DNA of 64,000 nt from Lama guanicoe (lineage: Eukaryota): the NCBI GenBank assembly GCA_013239625.1, contig MU054220.1, positions 5,378,626 to 5,442,625 of the forward strand. Reading direction: 5' to 3'. The notes under the pieces were generated by a model, which worked only from the letters and a program-made list of their open reading frames with translations, searched no databases and was not told the origin of the DNA. Below are positions 37,996-52,385 of the stretch, piece after piece. Numbering within the stretch: position 1 is the first letter of the stretch; each line of letters begins with the position of its first letter. The position numbers and the translations under genes were made by a program.

Positions 37996-39574
37996 CTTCC
38001 ATTCTGTGCTTGGTACTATGTCAGATGTGAGGATTACAAAAACGAATTAGCCATCATCCTGGCCCTAGAGCTCAGAGACTAATATGAATAAATTATAATG
38101 ATTTAGGGTGAGAAATAGATCTATAAAAGCACCCAGGAGAGAGGCAGTAATTTCCAGTGTCAAAGAGATGCGGGTTTGAATTCAGACTCTGCTACTAGCA
38201 GGAGCTTAGACAAGTGACAAACTTTCTGGGCCTTAGGTAATCATGGGGAAGGAGGCCCAGTGCTGCAGTTAAGTCTACAGCCCAGTTATTAGTATTATTA
38301 GTGTGCTAGTGTAGGGGAGGAGAGAGAGAGCTCTGTGGAGAAGATAGCTTCTGATTTGGCCCACCTGCCTACTGTGGGTACTTCTTCCCACTGGAGTCTG
38401 AATCTCCGCCTGCCTCTCTCCTCACATGGTGAAGAAGATGAGGTTAAAGGTGTGAAGTGTGTGCCAGAAGGGCCTCCCCAGCACTCTGCTCTGAGACAGG
38501 TGAGCACAAGATGCTTTCCTAGCCTGCCGCACCATTTCCTCCAGGTTCTGCACCCTTCAGCCACATGGGGCTGAGTTCAGTCAAGGAATCCACATTTGGA
38601 TGACCTAATAGCTTCCTCTCCATCTCTCTGAGTCCTGTAACCTTGTCACAAACATGGCTGAAGCTATCCTCGGCGCTGGTGTGAGCTCAGGTTGGCAATT
38701 TTGTGTAGATGTTGGGGAGTCATCTCTTTGGAATCTCACTGTGGCAGGTACTCAACATTCAGACTCCCTGGCTTGGAGAAGTCTTGCCAGGTGGGTGCTG
38801 TCTAACTGAGCTGTTGCAAGGGCATATCTGGAAGGGCAGTTCCGGCCAGTGACTTAGAAGGGGGCCAGTGGGTGGTAAGCGGTTTTTCAGCCCTTCTTGT
38901 GTGGAGGCAGTATAAACAGATCCCCTGCTGCATGGCCCTGATTTCTCCCTTTTTCTCACTGTGTGAGGGCGACTTGGCTTTGTTTTCAGTGCCACAGACT
39001 GGGCTCTGCCTTGGAGGAGGATGCTTTCTAAATAAAGCACTAACCCAGGCTGCTGCCTGGAACAGAAGTGTCACCTAAGGGGAAGAGAGGACCGACCAGT
39101 GCGGCCAGAGCTCTCTCCTGGAGGTTCTCACTTCTCACTCCTTCCTCCCTTCCTGCACCTGGGAGCCCGGGAATCTTCTTGCAGAAGAAGGAGGGAGTAA
39201 AGGCAGACACTGTAAATGCAGGAATGCAGGCAGGAAGCAGAGTGAAAGCAGTGGTTTGTTTAATGACTTTTTTCATGTTCTCTATGTGGGTTTCTTTGGT
39301 TTTGTTTTTGTCACTGGCTCCCTTTGGAGGGATAAAGCTTTCATCTAGCCAGGAAAACCTTAGCTTTAGGGATATGATTATATGATTAGTTTTGGCTGAG
39401 AGAAGTTCCAGTTGCTACCTCTGCTAATTGCACACCGGAGGCATTTACTCTTTGGGCTCACCTCTGTTTTGTGGAGATGTAGGGACCCTGATAGATTCCT
39501 GATAGAACGGAGAACTGGTGCAGATAGATATTCAGGGTAGAAATTTTGCAGCATTTAATTAAATATATATACAC

Positions 39575-40100
39575 ATGCCTTATGATCTAGCAGGTCATCT
39601 TCTGAATATTCATTCAAGCAAATTCCTACTTGGATCTGTAAGTGGGCACGTATGGGGATATTTATTGTAGCATTGCTTGTAAAGATTTGGAAGCAATCTG
39701 GGTGGTTTGGGTATTCATCCCTGGAGAAGTGAATAGGTACAATATAGTAGGATCCACAAACGAGCACTGTACAGCACCTAGAAGCAAAAGAAGAGGTGTA
39801 CACCTAGCAACATGCATAAATCTTAAAAACACAAAACTAGATTTTTTAAAAAAGTAAGACACAAACTGAGACTTATAGCATAAACCATGTTGAAGACGCA
39901 TTCAGAGAAAACAATAACACATGTTTTTGTAAAAACTGATACTAATAAAAGAGTAAACATCAAATATATTAGAATATTTGAGATAAATGAGAATAAATAA
40001 TACAGGAAATAAATCTTACGCAAACCAGTGATGATGGTGTTGCAAGAAATGAAGAATGTATTAACCCTCTGAAAATTAGGTAAACAAAATCTGAACAAAA
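39575..40100 (+). mobile_element. L1ME-like 3' fragment
   Basis: tttattgtagcattgcttgtaa...caacatgcataaatcttaaaaaca. Confidence 0.7.
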
Positions 40101-40618
40101 TCAATTAATACTTGAAGTCATGTGAAATTAAATAAGCAAGAGAGAAAATGATCCTGCCTTTCACTACTATATCCCCAAACCTGATTGTTTGGAGCATTAA
40201 CTCACAGTTGAACCCTTTCAAGTCAAAATTGCTCTCCTCCTGAAAACCCCCGAGGCAGCTAGAAGATTTGGCTCATAACATTTCTCAATTCTTTCACAGA
40301 CTGTTCCAGACAGTCTAGCTTTTTGTGGCAGCAAGTTCCCAGCCATTTTCACCCCTTGCTTCTCTTTATGCTTTTCAAGACAAATAGGCCCTCTCCTTGC
40401 AACACTGCCGACCCCACCAGCTTAGGTCAGGCTCCGTCTCAGGATTTTTTGGGATCTCTTGTGACATCACTTTCACTTCCATCACTCCTGTGTTTGGCTT
40501 CCAGTCTCCGTATTGCAGGACAGCATTTCTTCCTTCAGCTAATAATTTTATTAATTACATACATACTTTGTTCAAGCCCTTGGATTACGTGTTAGGGGGA
40601 AAAACATACGGTAGAGTC

Positions 40619-41132
40619 CATATTACTTTCCTATTGCTACTGAAAGAAATTACCATAAGCTAGGTGGATTAAAACGACAGACATTTATTATTTTCCAACT
40701 TTGGAGGTCAGAAAGTCTAAACTCTTTTCCACTGGGCTAAAATGAAGGCATCAGCGTGGCTGTGATCCTTCTGGAGGCTCTGGGGAAGACTCTGCTACCT
40801 TATCTTTTCCAGCCTTTAGAGGCTACCTTCGTTCTTTTTCTCATGGCCTCTTCTTTCATCTTCAAAGCCAGCATTTTAGCATCTGCTTGCCTCTCTGACC
40901 ACTGCTTCTATCATTACGTCTTCTCTCTCTAACTCTGGTCCTCCTGCCACCCTCTTATAACTACTCTTATGATTACATTGGGCTTATCCAGATACTGCAG
41001 GATCATTTCCCAATATGAAGTTCCTTAATCACATCTGCAAAGTCCTTTTTACTCTATAAGATCACACACACATTTATAGGTTCAGGGGATTAGAACATGG
41101 ACATCTTTTGGAGGGTAGTTGAGCCTACAACA
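40619..41132 (-). mobile_element. MLT1D-like MaLR solo LTR
   Basis: ccttctggaggctctggggaag...catcttcaaagccagca...ttaatcacatctgcaaagtcc...ggggattagaacatggacatct. Confidence 0.85.
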
Positions 41133-42480
41133 GAGTTTTTGTGCTTAAGCTATTCACAGCCTAGCAGGGGATACCAACTGATAAGTTGGTAGGCAGTTAT
41201 AGTAGAGGATGGTGAATATCATGACCAGGGAATTATAGGATAAAAGAAGAAAATTTAATCTGGTCTAGGGTTAGGACTGACTCCCCAAAGTTAGGTTCAA
41301 GAGAGGTGTAAGCTACTAGGGCACGGCTATGTGAAGAGAAGAGGGGGTGAGCACCATGTTCGCAGACCTAGAGGTGAGAGAGAATCAGCAGAGTCAAAGC
41401 TGACCTACTTGCTGCTGTCCCTATACATCCTGCTTGTTCCACCTCACTGCCTTTGCTTGTCCTCTTACTTTTGCTTCTAATGCCTCTCCAACCACCCTAC
41501 CTAGCCTTCAGTCTTCCTTCAGAAAGTCTACATTCATATTCCACCCGTAGCATGATCACTGTAATGAATTCCCTTAACTTTTTGTCTGTACCCTTCTGTT
41601 ACTCATTTATACTTTGGCATATAGGTTATAGGTGGTGAAACTCTTGTTACAAGTGTTTTCTGTATCTCTTTTTTTTTTCCCCTTCTGGACTTGTGACTCG
41701 AATGAGTAGGAGACTGTAAATTCTCCCCCTCTCCCACACCCTCTCCTCTTTCCCAGCTGTTTACAGCAGCTTCAAGAACATTACAGGCTATCAGCAAGTA
41801 CTGAAAGATTCAATGAACAACACATCTAAATTAAATTGTGTATCAGTTTCTCTGGCTCCAGCCACACTGGGCATACCTGAGAATCACATGGTTTCTCACA
41901 CTGAGGAAGTCTTTAATCTGATTTTTAAAAATACAGTGAAGACACATTGAGCCAAATTACCCATCTATTTATTTAAAGTGACCATTATAATAAGTATAAT
42001 GTATAAGACAGAGCCCAAACAATGCCCTTTATTGATAATGATTGATTGTACTAACAGTTGATTCAATATTAACCTGAGAAAGTGGTGGTGGTCTGTGTAT
42101 ATTCACTGTTTTGTGGAAAAATAAATAGGGGATAGATAGTGAAGAATTAGATGGGTAGAATAAGGAAAAAATCATAGTTATCATTATTTTTCATCATATA
42201 CCTATTATTATGATGCAAAATTTAAATATCAACTAAGGCTCATTGAAAAATACTTGTATGAAAAGAATTCAGAATCTCAATTACATACACCATAGCGTAA
42301 TTTCTACATATGTGAGATAATATTCTTATCCTCTAGAGAACAAATGCATATCTGCTTCAGTCCTCCAAAAACATCTTTCTTGAGCAAGATATACCAGTGT
42401 GGATAAAATAAAATTCACATCTCACCCCAAAACAAGGTAAATGTAATATTTAGGGAAGCTTTTAAAATCAAATAATTTTT

Positions 42481-42662
42481 ATTGAAGTTTAGTTGATTTA
42501 CAATATTGCATTAGTTTTAGGTATATACCATAGTGATTCAGGTTTTTTTTTCTTTTTGCAGATTATATTCTATTACAGGTTATTACAAGATATTGGATAT
42601 AATTCCCTGTGCTATACAGTAAATCCTTGTTGCTTATCTATTTCACGTATAGTAGTTCGTAT
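42481..42662 (-). mobile_element. Artiodactyl-type L1 3' end
   Basis: attgaagttt agttgatttacaat...ttccctgtgctatacagtaaatcc; TSD tcaaat(a/c)attttt at 42468-42480 and 42663-42675. Confidence 0.85.
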
Positions 42663-43279
42663 TCAAATCATTTTTGAGATGACTTTTTACTACATTTTTT
42701 CCCAAGTTTTATTTTGTTTGTTTTTAGTGGGTATAATCAATACAATTGATATGTTCTTAGCAGTTTCTTGTGGGTCTGGCTCTTATAGCCTTTGAGTCTA
42801 GATTCTATACTGGGACCCTCAGAGTGTCTGCATCTCCTCTGAGAGAATTGCAGCCTGTTCTACCTCTACCTTTGGGATCTGACTCCAGATTTTACCTCCT
42901 GATCTGGGGGGCCAGCTGAACCCCCATGCTCAACTACCTACTTAAGTTCACTGCCACCTTAGGTGGCTGTTGTTCATTCCTTATTCACGTGGACAACTTT
43001 GGGATTTAAGATTTTGCCAGTAGTCCTATACTTAACAGCCAAGTATTCTGGGCTATAATTTCTTTCCTGCATGAGGCTATCAGGATGAATCCCACCATGA
43101 CTGTCTTCCCTTTTAACCTTAGGTATCATTGCATGATCATGGCTTTCAGATAATCTGTTGCCTGAACAACTGGAATTGAGGCTAAGAACTTGATGAGACA
43201 AGCTTTGGAAAATGGAAAAAAATGGCGGGGGCAAGGGGAACCTCTGATTTACAGAGTATGCGTTTTCAATCCCATTGCA

Positions 43280-44274
43280 CAGTTAGCTAATTGTCTAGAT
43301 GACTTCTCTTGAATATCTCAAAGGTCCATCAAACATAAAAGGTCCACAGTCAAACCATGTCCTCCACTCAAAACCTGGTCCTATACAGCTGTTCCTCATT
43401 TAGTGACTAGCACCACCATCTATCCAGTTGTACAGTCCAGAAATCTAGGGTGAATCCTGCTCCCCTCCCTCCCCTTACTTCCCTCATCCAATATAGCACC
43501 ACCTCCTGTTGATGTGCCTCCTAAACTTGTCTTGAATTCATCTTGTCTGCTACCATACTATCTACCCATTATCTCTGAGTCTTCCTATTTGTGAAAGAAG
43601 TGATTATTTCCTCTCTCCAGCTATTGAAATAGTTCCCTAAAGTCCCAACCTTTATTTAGCCCCTTCTCTAATCCATTCATTGATCTTTAGTCAGAGTGGT
43701 CTTTAAAATATGTAAATCAGATCATGCAAGTATCCTTTTTAAAAATGTGACTTTCCGCTGCTTTTAGGATTAAATAAAATGCTGATATGGCTTATACTGA
43801 CATGTACAGTTTGGCCACTTCTGTCTCACACTGTTCCTATCTAAGCATCCTCACTCTGCCTACCACCACTACTACCTTGCTCTAGCCACACACTTTTTAG
43901 TTCTTTCTATTTACCATTATCTCCCTCCTTGCTCTCCATCACATTTTATTACACTGTCTATATTCTCTGCAAGCAATACTATATTCTCCCCTCATGACTA
44001 TTTTATTATCCTTTCATTTTTATCACTCTGGGAAAGCTCTGATGTCTCTGAGTGGGTTAAACCTTCCTGTATGGACTGGCAGAATACACTGAATTTCTTC
44101 CTAGCCCTTGTCACAGTTGAATTTTACATTTCCTTGTTTAGATATTTAATTCATGTCAATTTTCCCTATTAAATTGTAAGTTCCATGAGGGTAGAGTCAT
44201 GTCTTATCATTGTTTTCCCCAGAGTTTGGAACAGAGTCAGCACTTAATAAATATTTGTTGAATGAATGAATGAA
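43280..44274 (+). mobile_element. L2 LINE 3' ~1 kb
   Basis: aaaatatgtaaatcagatcatg; tgtaagttccatgagggtag; terminus aataaatatttgttgaatgaatgaatgaa. Confidence 0.9.
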
Positions 44275-47200
44275 AGTCTCTTACATACAGCCAACTCTGC
44301 ATGGCAGCTGTCTGAATAAAATAGGGTTTACTCCTGAAAGTGGCAAACAGTGGTTCCTGCATATTTTTTAAAATTTTGAATATGTCCCTGCAGGGTGACA
44401 TATAACTATAGAAATACAGAGAAATAGGGAAGCTAAAGAGATTCAATTCAAAGTGCATTTCTAAAGGTAGCCTGCAACAGTCTAGTTCGGTCAGGAAGAC
44501 AGAGCCACTGCAAAAAAAAAAAAAAAAAAAAGATGAAAAGGCTTTAAATCAGGAACTAGCATGCATGGGAATGTGGGAGTAGCTGGGGAGTGGAGGCTAT
44601 AGTAAGAGAACTGGAGAAGCAGTCACTAACCATTCCAAAGCACTGTCGCAGGTAGAATAGTGGGAGCTTTTGAGGAAGTTTGAGAAACCACTTGAGTCTG
44701 GCTATTGCAAAGAGGAAGCCCACGGCAAGTCCTGCTAAGCTGCTGTGATTGCAGAGTGGGGAGCTTCTGGGGAGGTCTGGCAGCTGCATTGCCTGACCCT
44801 TATGACCTCTTAAGATTAATGACTTCAGCTTCATTTGTACTCTCCAGCTCTCCTGGGAGGTGCTCTCATTGGCAAATCCTGGCTTAAAACCACATAAGAA
44901 AGAGACTCTGGGAAGCAACAAAAGTGGTGGTGGTGCTGAAAATTTGGCGGTAGACTGCATAGCCAAGGAAGGCTATTGCTTGCTTGTTTTCTGGCGCTTT
45001 CTCTGGGCACATCATTGTGAACTGGAACTACTAAACTCAGCCCTGAGTTCCACTCTACAATTTGACTTTTTTTTTTTTGAGGTCTCATGGTTGTAGATTA
45101 AAATAAAGATAAGTTTTAACATATACTGATTAATCTTCTGGTGAAATCCAGATTTTCGTCTTTGGGATGATTTTCAAAAGAGCAGATAATATATGACCTG
45201 AGTCTAAAGGGTTGTTAGACAGTACATGAGCCTGACTGGTCTTGAACTATATGCAGCCATTTCTCCTCTTTGGAGATATCTCGTCTATTAAGGAAATGAA
45301 ATCCCTCTCCTCCATAGTACAATAATGGTAATAATAACTACAGTGCTTGTTTATGGAATGCTTACCATGTATGATGTTCATGATGTATGTACATTGGCTC
45401 TTACCCATGCAATTACCCAGGAAGAATGAAGATACAGAAGCAGCAATGCATCTTTGGGTTGTTATGAATTTTAAACATCTGTTACGCACCTAGAATATTG
45501 CCTAGTACAGAATTGGCATTCAGGTGACCTGCCCTATGCCAGTAAATGGTGGTGTAAAGATTCAACACTTTGTTCATCACAGATTTTTTTAAACGTAGAT
45601 ATAATGCTAATATAATCCTCATAAATAATAGTGATTAATTGTAAAAAGAAAGAAAATTACAAATGCTTTATTTAGTATTTTGGTTCTCATGTATTCTTGG
45701 CATTCATCTAGCATGGACATCTCCATACACAAGTCAATAATGAATAATAGGGATAGCATGCTACCCTAATCTTTGTGGTTAATTTTCTTTTTTCAAAGTA
45801 TTTTCATGTATGTAACCTCATTTTGTCCCCTCAATAATCCTTTAAGATAGGTTGGCCAATAATTATTATCTTCATTTTATAGGTGTGGAAACTAAAACTC
45901 TTAGCTGGTTAATGAAGAAAAAAGAAATTATATTTATTGAGTTCTTCAATGTATGAGGAATTTTTAGGTTCTACTACAGTCATAGGAGTTTACCCTTTTA
46001 CAGATATGAAATAGAGACTAATAATTTAAATAACTAAATAAAGGTTGACAACCGATGAAGACATTCCATCTGATAATTCAAACTCAGTGCTGTCTGGCCT
46101 CAAAGCCATTATTCTTTCCATTACATCTTAGTATTTGAAGTGTTATAACCAGTCAAGGATGTATTCTAAACTAGGATCTTGAATCTCAGCTCTTTTTCCA
46201 GACTGGTAGTGTAATCAAGAAGGTATTGTTCTACCAAAAGCTCTACTTATAGCAAATATTGTGAAATTAACCATTAGAAAGAGAGTTGGAACTGTGCTTT
46301 GCTGGTATTTTATTCAACACAATATTGTAGAAAGGATGCCATTCAATTGATTAGGCATATTCCTTTGTCTTTAATGAAAAAATTAGGTAATATAATTTCA
46401 GCTATTTCATGTTTGCTTTTGTTTTATTTTATTTTTCATTATTTTTGTTTCTTCTTAACAGTGTTCTGTTGTTTGTGTGCTTGTTAGCGTGCACACATTT
46501 ATACATCACACATATGCACATCTAATTGGCCTCTAACTAAACAAATATTTCTATTTTGTATGTTGAGAGTTCTAGTTACAATAGATAGCAAGGGGTTAAG
46601 ATAGTGGTTACCTCTGCCTTCCGTCTGGGAAATGAGACTGTTTAAAACATCCCAGCCTCTGGAATGGACTTTGCAATTTCTCCTTATCTGAAATGTTACT
46701 CATTCCCACCTTTAAACTTGCTAAGCAATTTACCTCAATAATACCCCTTGATTCCGCGCTCCATAGGTTAATTTTACATTATGTAAAGATCATTTTCCTT
46801 TGATCTAAACACAGTTATAGTCTTGTATTAGGGGACAAGGTTCATCGGATTACATCATCAGTTGTTTTTATATCATTCTCGTTATTTCACATATCTTTAC
46901 CTCATCTTCTCTTATTATTCCCCGTTTCAGAGTCTCTTAAATCACATGCCACATGCAGAATGCATTTTAAAAGTTCTTTGAAAAGCTAAATTGCCCTGAG
47001 TTTAGAAATTGGCATAAACACTATTAATAATAGCTTCTCCATGCTATAAAGAAGTCTACCTTAATTATGGGCACACACACAATGAAAGGATCTTAAAGTC
47101 ACAGCATTATAGTTAGAAATGATCTTAGAAGTCTGTTTTCTGTGGGTGTGGGTTCAAAAAATGCTTTTGCATTTGGAAATTGGAGTATTATTGGTGTCCA

Positions 47201-47514
47201 AGAGAGAGAACAATTTTTTTTGTGGAGTGAGAGTTGAAGGCAGATTCCCATATACTGAAGAGGACCAGTGGAATTCAAAGTAGAGGTGGATGGTAGACTA
47301 TAGTTAGTATTTAATAGAGAAGACATGGCAGCTTTCAGGAGAATTAGGGTTGACAGAAGGATCTCGAAGGGAATAGATGATGCATACATTAATTCTTGAA
47401 CAGATTGAAATTATTTCATAAATGAAATGCATTTAGTATGATTATTTGGTCATTTACTGATTCACCTCAATAAACTACTGAGTACTTTAAAAAAAAATCT
47501 CATAGCTGCACATA

Positions 47515-47630
47515 TCCCTCCTTCTTTCCTTCCTTCCTTCCTTCCTTCCTTCCTTCCTTCCTTCCTTCCTTCCTTCCTTCCTTCCTTCCTTCTTTCCTTT
47601 CTTCCTTCCTTGTCTCCCTCCCCTTCTCTC
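47515..47630. repeat. (CCTT)n microsatellite / polypyrimidine tract
   Basis: Direct inspection. Confidence 0.98.
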
Positions 47631-47699
47631 ATTAACAGTAGTTGTTGAGCGCACCATATATCCCTGCAGAGTGTGAATCTCTGATAGTATATGATGAGG

Positions 47700-48100
47700 A
47701 CATATTTCATGCAACAATGTCATGATGTATCAACCTAAAACCACTGGTTTAAAGAAGAGAAGAGGAGAGGGAACCATGACTTGTTTTTAGTTAGTTCATT
47801 TGGTTCTAAGTGATCTCGAGTCATCTGAAAACACTTCGAGTCATATCCTTATTAGCCTGTTACAAAACGTTGCTTGGGATAAGTATCAGGCTTATAGGTT
47901 TGTATTTTCCAAATCCACAATGGGGTGGGAGAGAGGATTTCCCTGTCTGTAATCTGTCATTTCTCCAGTTTCCTGTGAATTTTCAGAAATTTAACACCAT
48001 GACTCTGCAGACATATCTGGGTTTCAGCATTCTGTTGTCTGATTCATTCTGGCCCAGAGACTCTTACTATCTTTTCATCTATCTTAACTTCTATTTTTCA
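47700..48100 (-). mobile_element. L3/CR1 LINE fragment
   Basis: catgacttgtttttagt...ttgcttgggataagtatcaggcttataggtttgtattttccaaatccac resembles the reverse complement of the CR1 RT region. Confidence 0.6.
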
Positions 48101-48199
48101 ATTCAGTTTAAAGACTATTCTTTTTACAAAATCAAAAACAAAACCCAAAAGAAAATAAAATTATAATAGTACAATAATTCAACTATTTTTCCTATCTCT

Positions 48200-49250
48200 T
48201 TTAACATGCTTTTAAACTTTCAGTTTTCAAAAATAGTTCAAAAATATTTTTCTGAACCATTTGAGAGGAAGTTGTAGTCATGATGCTTCAATACCCTTGA
48301 ATACTTTAGTGTGTAATCCCTGCAAATAAGGACACTCTCTTATGATTTCAATACAACTATCAAAATAAGGAAATTAACATGGATAATTACTACTACTTAA
48401 TCCACAGAACTCATTCAGCTTTTTGCCAGTTATCCAAAATCATGTGTTTCAGTTCTTTGTCATAGTTCTTTTAATAGTCTCTTTATTTAATTTTTTTTGA
48501 GAGGTAGGAGATAATTAAGTTATTTAATAGCCTCTTTTTTGGGGGGGGTGGAGGTAATTATGTTATTTTGGGGGGAGAGGTAATTAGGTTATTAATTTAA
48601 CTTTTTTTTCTTTTAAGGAGATACTGGATTTGAATCCAAGACCTCCTGCTATGCATGCACTCTACCACTGAGCTATATCCACCTCCCCCCAATAGTCTCT
48701 TTTAATTTGGAAAAATTTCTTTAGTTTTTCCTTGGCTTTTATAATTTTGATTTTTTTAAAGATTACAAGCCAGTTAATTTGTATGTTTCTCAGTTAGGGT
48801 TTTTCTGATGCTTCCTCATGATTAGATTGAGGTTATGCAGTTTGGGTGTGGATATCAACGTGATCTGTTCATTCATTGCATCCTAACAGGTTGCGTGCAA
48901 TTTCAGTTGGTCTAGTTATTAGTCATGTTGACTTTGATCACTTCTACCACCCTGTAGTGACTCTTTTACTTTTATATTAATAAATATTTTTGGAAAGTAC
49001 TGTGAGACTCTGTAAATATCCCATCTACATCCAAATTTCATTCATAAGTCATAGCATGTATTGGTCGTTTTTGGCTAAATTATTATGATGGTGATTGTCA
49101 AGTGATGATTTTGTAATATCATTCTTTCAACATTAGTTGGCATTCCATTGTCAATAAATAATTTCTCTTCTCATTGTTTAATTTGCCTATTTATATCAGT
49201 TTGACCCATGGATTTCCACTTTACTTAATTGGTTATCATCTATGATTATT
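48200..49250 (-). mobile_element. L1MC4/5-like 3' end
   Basis: tttctgaaccatttgagaggaagttg...gcttcctcatgattagattgaggttatgca. Confidence 0.8.
48485..48690 (-). mobile_element. Camelid-type tRNA-derived SINE with multimeric tail
   Basis: ctctaccactgagctatatcc head; TSD aatagtctcttt at 48473-48484 and 48691-48702. Confidence 0.9.
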
Positions 49251-49970
49251 GTTACCAAAAACTTTGGCATCATTCTTCAGTGTTCTTTTCCTCATACCCC
49301 ACAATCTAATCCATCATTAACAACTGTTGGAGGTACCTACAAATCGCATTTGACATCTTTCATTTTTGCTACTACCAAGGTAGTTTAAGCTATCTTTATC
49401 TTCCTTCTAATTGATTTTAGTGACCTCTTGACTGGTCTCCTTGCCCCACCCTCCTTGCTTGTCTCTCCAAAACAATCAGTTTTTCACATAGCAGCTGAAT
49501 GGTCTCTTCAAAATGCAAATCATATCATGTCACTCACTTCTTTGCTTAAAGTCACCTTGTGAGTTCCTGTTGCCCTTGGAGTGAAAGCCAAATTCATTAC
49601 CCTAGACAATTCTAAAAGATTTATCCCTACATAACTCAGACATTATTTGATTCATTTCTGTGCTTTACTCATCATATACCAGCTATTTATGGTATTAAAA
49701 CTCTTTTGGGAATATGCCTAATTTATTACTTTCCTAGGTTTTGGACTTGCTGATCACATTTCTTCATTTGGTTTGCTTCTCTTCCCTTTCAGGCAGCAGT
49801 TTAAACCTTACTCATCAGAGAAGTCTGCCTTGACCACCTAAATTAAAATAGCTCCTCTTGCTAGACTGTGACACACTGCAAATATTTCTGTATCCCCTAT
49901 TGCTGTGTCCCCAGGGCTGAGCAAATGCCTGGCACAAAGCAGGCATGCGATGAGTATTTGTTGGATTTAA
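49250..49970 (+). mobile_element. L2 LINE 3' fragment
   Basis: aaaatgcaaatcatatcatgtcactc...tgcctggcacaaagcaggc...tatttgttgga. Confidence 0.85.
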
Positions 49971-49977
49971 AAAAGAA

Positions 49978-50009
<32 letters not shown>

Positions 50010-50123
50010 GGGGGAGGGATAATTAAGTTTACTTATTTATTTTTAGAGGAGGTGCTGGAGATTGAACCCAGGACCTTGTGTATGCTAAGCATGCACTCTA
50101 CCTCTTGAGCTGTACCCTCCCCC
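49978..50123 (-). mobile_element. Camelid-type tRNA-derived SINE
   Basis: Minus strand reads gggggagggtacagctcaagaggtagagtgcatgcttagc...cctgggttcaatctcc (A/B boxes), with (TTTA)n tail. Confidence 0.9.
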
Positions 50124-51459
50124 TGCCCTGTTGAATGTTGTTTGGATATTGTGTGTTCCCATTACACCACCTTCCTCAAGTAGGTGAGTAGTTCTTTCTT
50201 ATTTTATTTATGTAAATATAAATAAAATAAATGTAAATGTAAAATAAGTAATGACTATAAATTAAAAGTACTATCTTTTGTCTTCAATATTTTTCATAGG
50301 CTCAGATTTTGGGAAGCTATGTACAAAGATGATGGGATGGCCCTGTTATCAATGATGTCAAAAAGATTGGTATAAAGCTATAAGAATATGTGAAGGATTG
50401 ATGTACATTACATGCTAGTGAGGAAAATAAAAGATTCAAGGAAAATTCTTGGTTTTTTTATTTGAGCAAATGACACTTAGTTGGATCATCACCAGAATCA
50501 CTGTTTATCTAGTTCTGAGATTATCAGAGAGTTGCCTGTATACCTATAACTCCTACATACCTGGATGTTTGTTCTAAACATTCTCTCATCTCTTATGAGT
50601 AGTTTTCCTCTTGGGAGTTTCTGACCCCAACATCATATATTTTTCCTTTGAAATTTTAGAAATCTGCCTTTCTAAATTCTAGGTTAAGTAGCTGATAATC
50701 TAATATCTTTTGTTTGTTAATTGGGTAATTTCACTTACAAAATTCCATGGTGACACCACTAAACTCCCCAAATTCCTATGATTACATATCACCAATGGTT
50801 TCCCCACAATCCAGTCCAGATAGTCTTTTTGTCTCCTCCGATTTCCAAAAGATGGAACGGCCAAAAGGAAGGGAAACATTTACCAGGCTCTACTTCTAGG
50901 ACAGTGAGACCTGCATATGTCAGGAGAATTTATTTTTTATTGTATTTTATACATTTGCAAACTGTGCCCATTGTTAAAAGAGTCTGTAGTCAGAAATGTA
51001 CACAAAAATGCTACAAAAATACTTTTGAAATACTTCTTACTAAACAAACTTTGTAGATTTGTTGAGAACCCCAGATGTGTGCTGTGTCTTTGTAGGTTTG
51101 AGTTTTCTCAACTAGCAATGCATTCATGGTTCTTTCTAATTAATATTAAGTTACACATTTTATAAATTATTCTGATTTTTGTTTTTTAAAAATTTTGCAC
51201 ATGAACACAAGTGGATTCATGAACCATTTTGCTTACCATCCTGTAAGATTCTTTACTGTCTTATTTATTTTTATACGTACACTGCTAGATATATGAATGG
51301 ATGGATAACCTATTTTAAAAGCGTTATGCCTTCTTTCCATTGTACATACTGGGTAGAACATAACTTCATTTTTAAACTGAATTTTAAGGTGATTTCTTGA
51401 CATAAGTGCGTACTTCCCTTTGAATTGGACTAACAAAATACTGCCAAGGGAAAATTTTG

Positions 51460-51690
51460 AAAATCACTTTGGCTGTCAGATGAAGGGTGGATTGTAAAGG
51501 GGCAAGAGAGGAGGCAAAGAGGCCAGTATGAGACTATTGCAATCATCTTGGTGAGAGATGATGGTGGCTTGAACTAGGATAGTAGCAGTGGAGGTGGAGA
51601 ATAGTGAACAACTTCAAAATATGCTTTTGAGGTGCTATCAATTGTGCTTGTTTATGGGTTGCATGTAGGTGCTGAGGAAAAAAAGGGGGA
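51460..51690 (-). mobile_element. L2 fragment
   Basis: ggtgagagatgatggtggcttgaactaggatagtagcagtggaggtggaga. Confidence 0.85.
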
Positions 51691-51988
51691 CATGTTGAAA
51701 TAAATTGTTAAATTTATTTACAAAGCAAAACAGATACATTTTTTTCTCCTCTGCATATTATTTTAAGTTGAAATGCTAGTTCACTCAGATAACATTTAAT
51801 TTATTAGGCATATGACAAAACAAATATATTTAATAATCATGTCTCCTAGGGCAATTTAGGAGGTCAATGAATCCTCTGAAACTGCATGCAGAATTTTAAA
51901 TTTATTTATGTGTTTTTACTAGGAAGCAAGTCTACAACTTTCATCATGTTCTCAATGAAGTTTTTGAATAAAAACAGATTAAAAGCTT

Positions 51989-52385
51989 CTGTTAGCCTGT
52001 TATCCCATAAAATGCTATATAGCAAGTCACTTCAAAACTCAGTGGCTTAAATCACCATGATTTGTTCTTACTCACATGCTTGTGTGCCAGTCAGAATCAT
52101 TCTGCTGATCTTGGGCCGGGCTGGGCCCTGCTCCAGGTCATGGGTTCAGATCAGAGTTACTCCTGTGTCACTGATCCTTCTGGGTCCAGTGAGTCCTTGG
52201 GATATGTTGTTTTCATGGTGGAAGAAGTACAAGAGTGAAAGGCCAAGTACATTTCAAGCTTCTGCTTGCATCGTGTCTGCTGACATTCCATTGGTCAAAG
52301 TATATCACATAGCAGATTCCAAAGACAAGGAATTCAGTGTATCTTTAAGTGGGAACGCCTATAAAATCACATGGTAAAAGGATAT
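51989..52385 (-). mobile_element. MLT1H-like MaLR LTR
   Basis: caaaactcagtggcttaaa...ctgctgacattccattggtcaaag...aaatcacatgg. Confidence 0.75.

Noticed and set aside
38300..39500. GC-richer block with overlapping ORFs as a promoter or gene
   Set aside because: CpG remains sparse (no island) and the ORFs are not protein-like; at most an unassigned regulatory region
47462..47723. RKEG-repeat proteins
   Set aside because: Translation of the (CCTT)n microsatellite
49978..50123. tRNA gene
   Set aside because: tRNA-like A/B boxes belong to a SINE with an AT-rich tail; three related copies occur in the window
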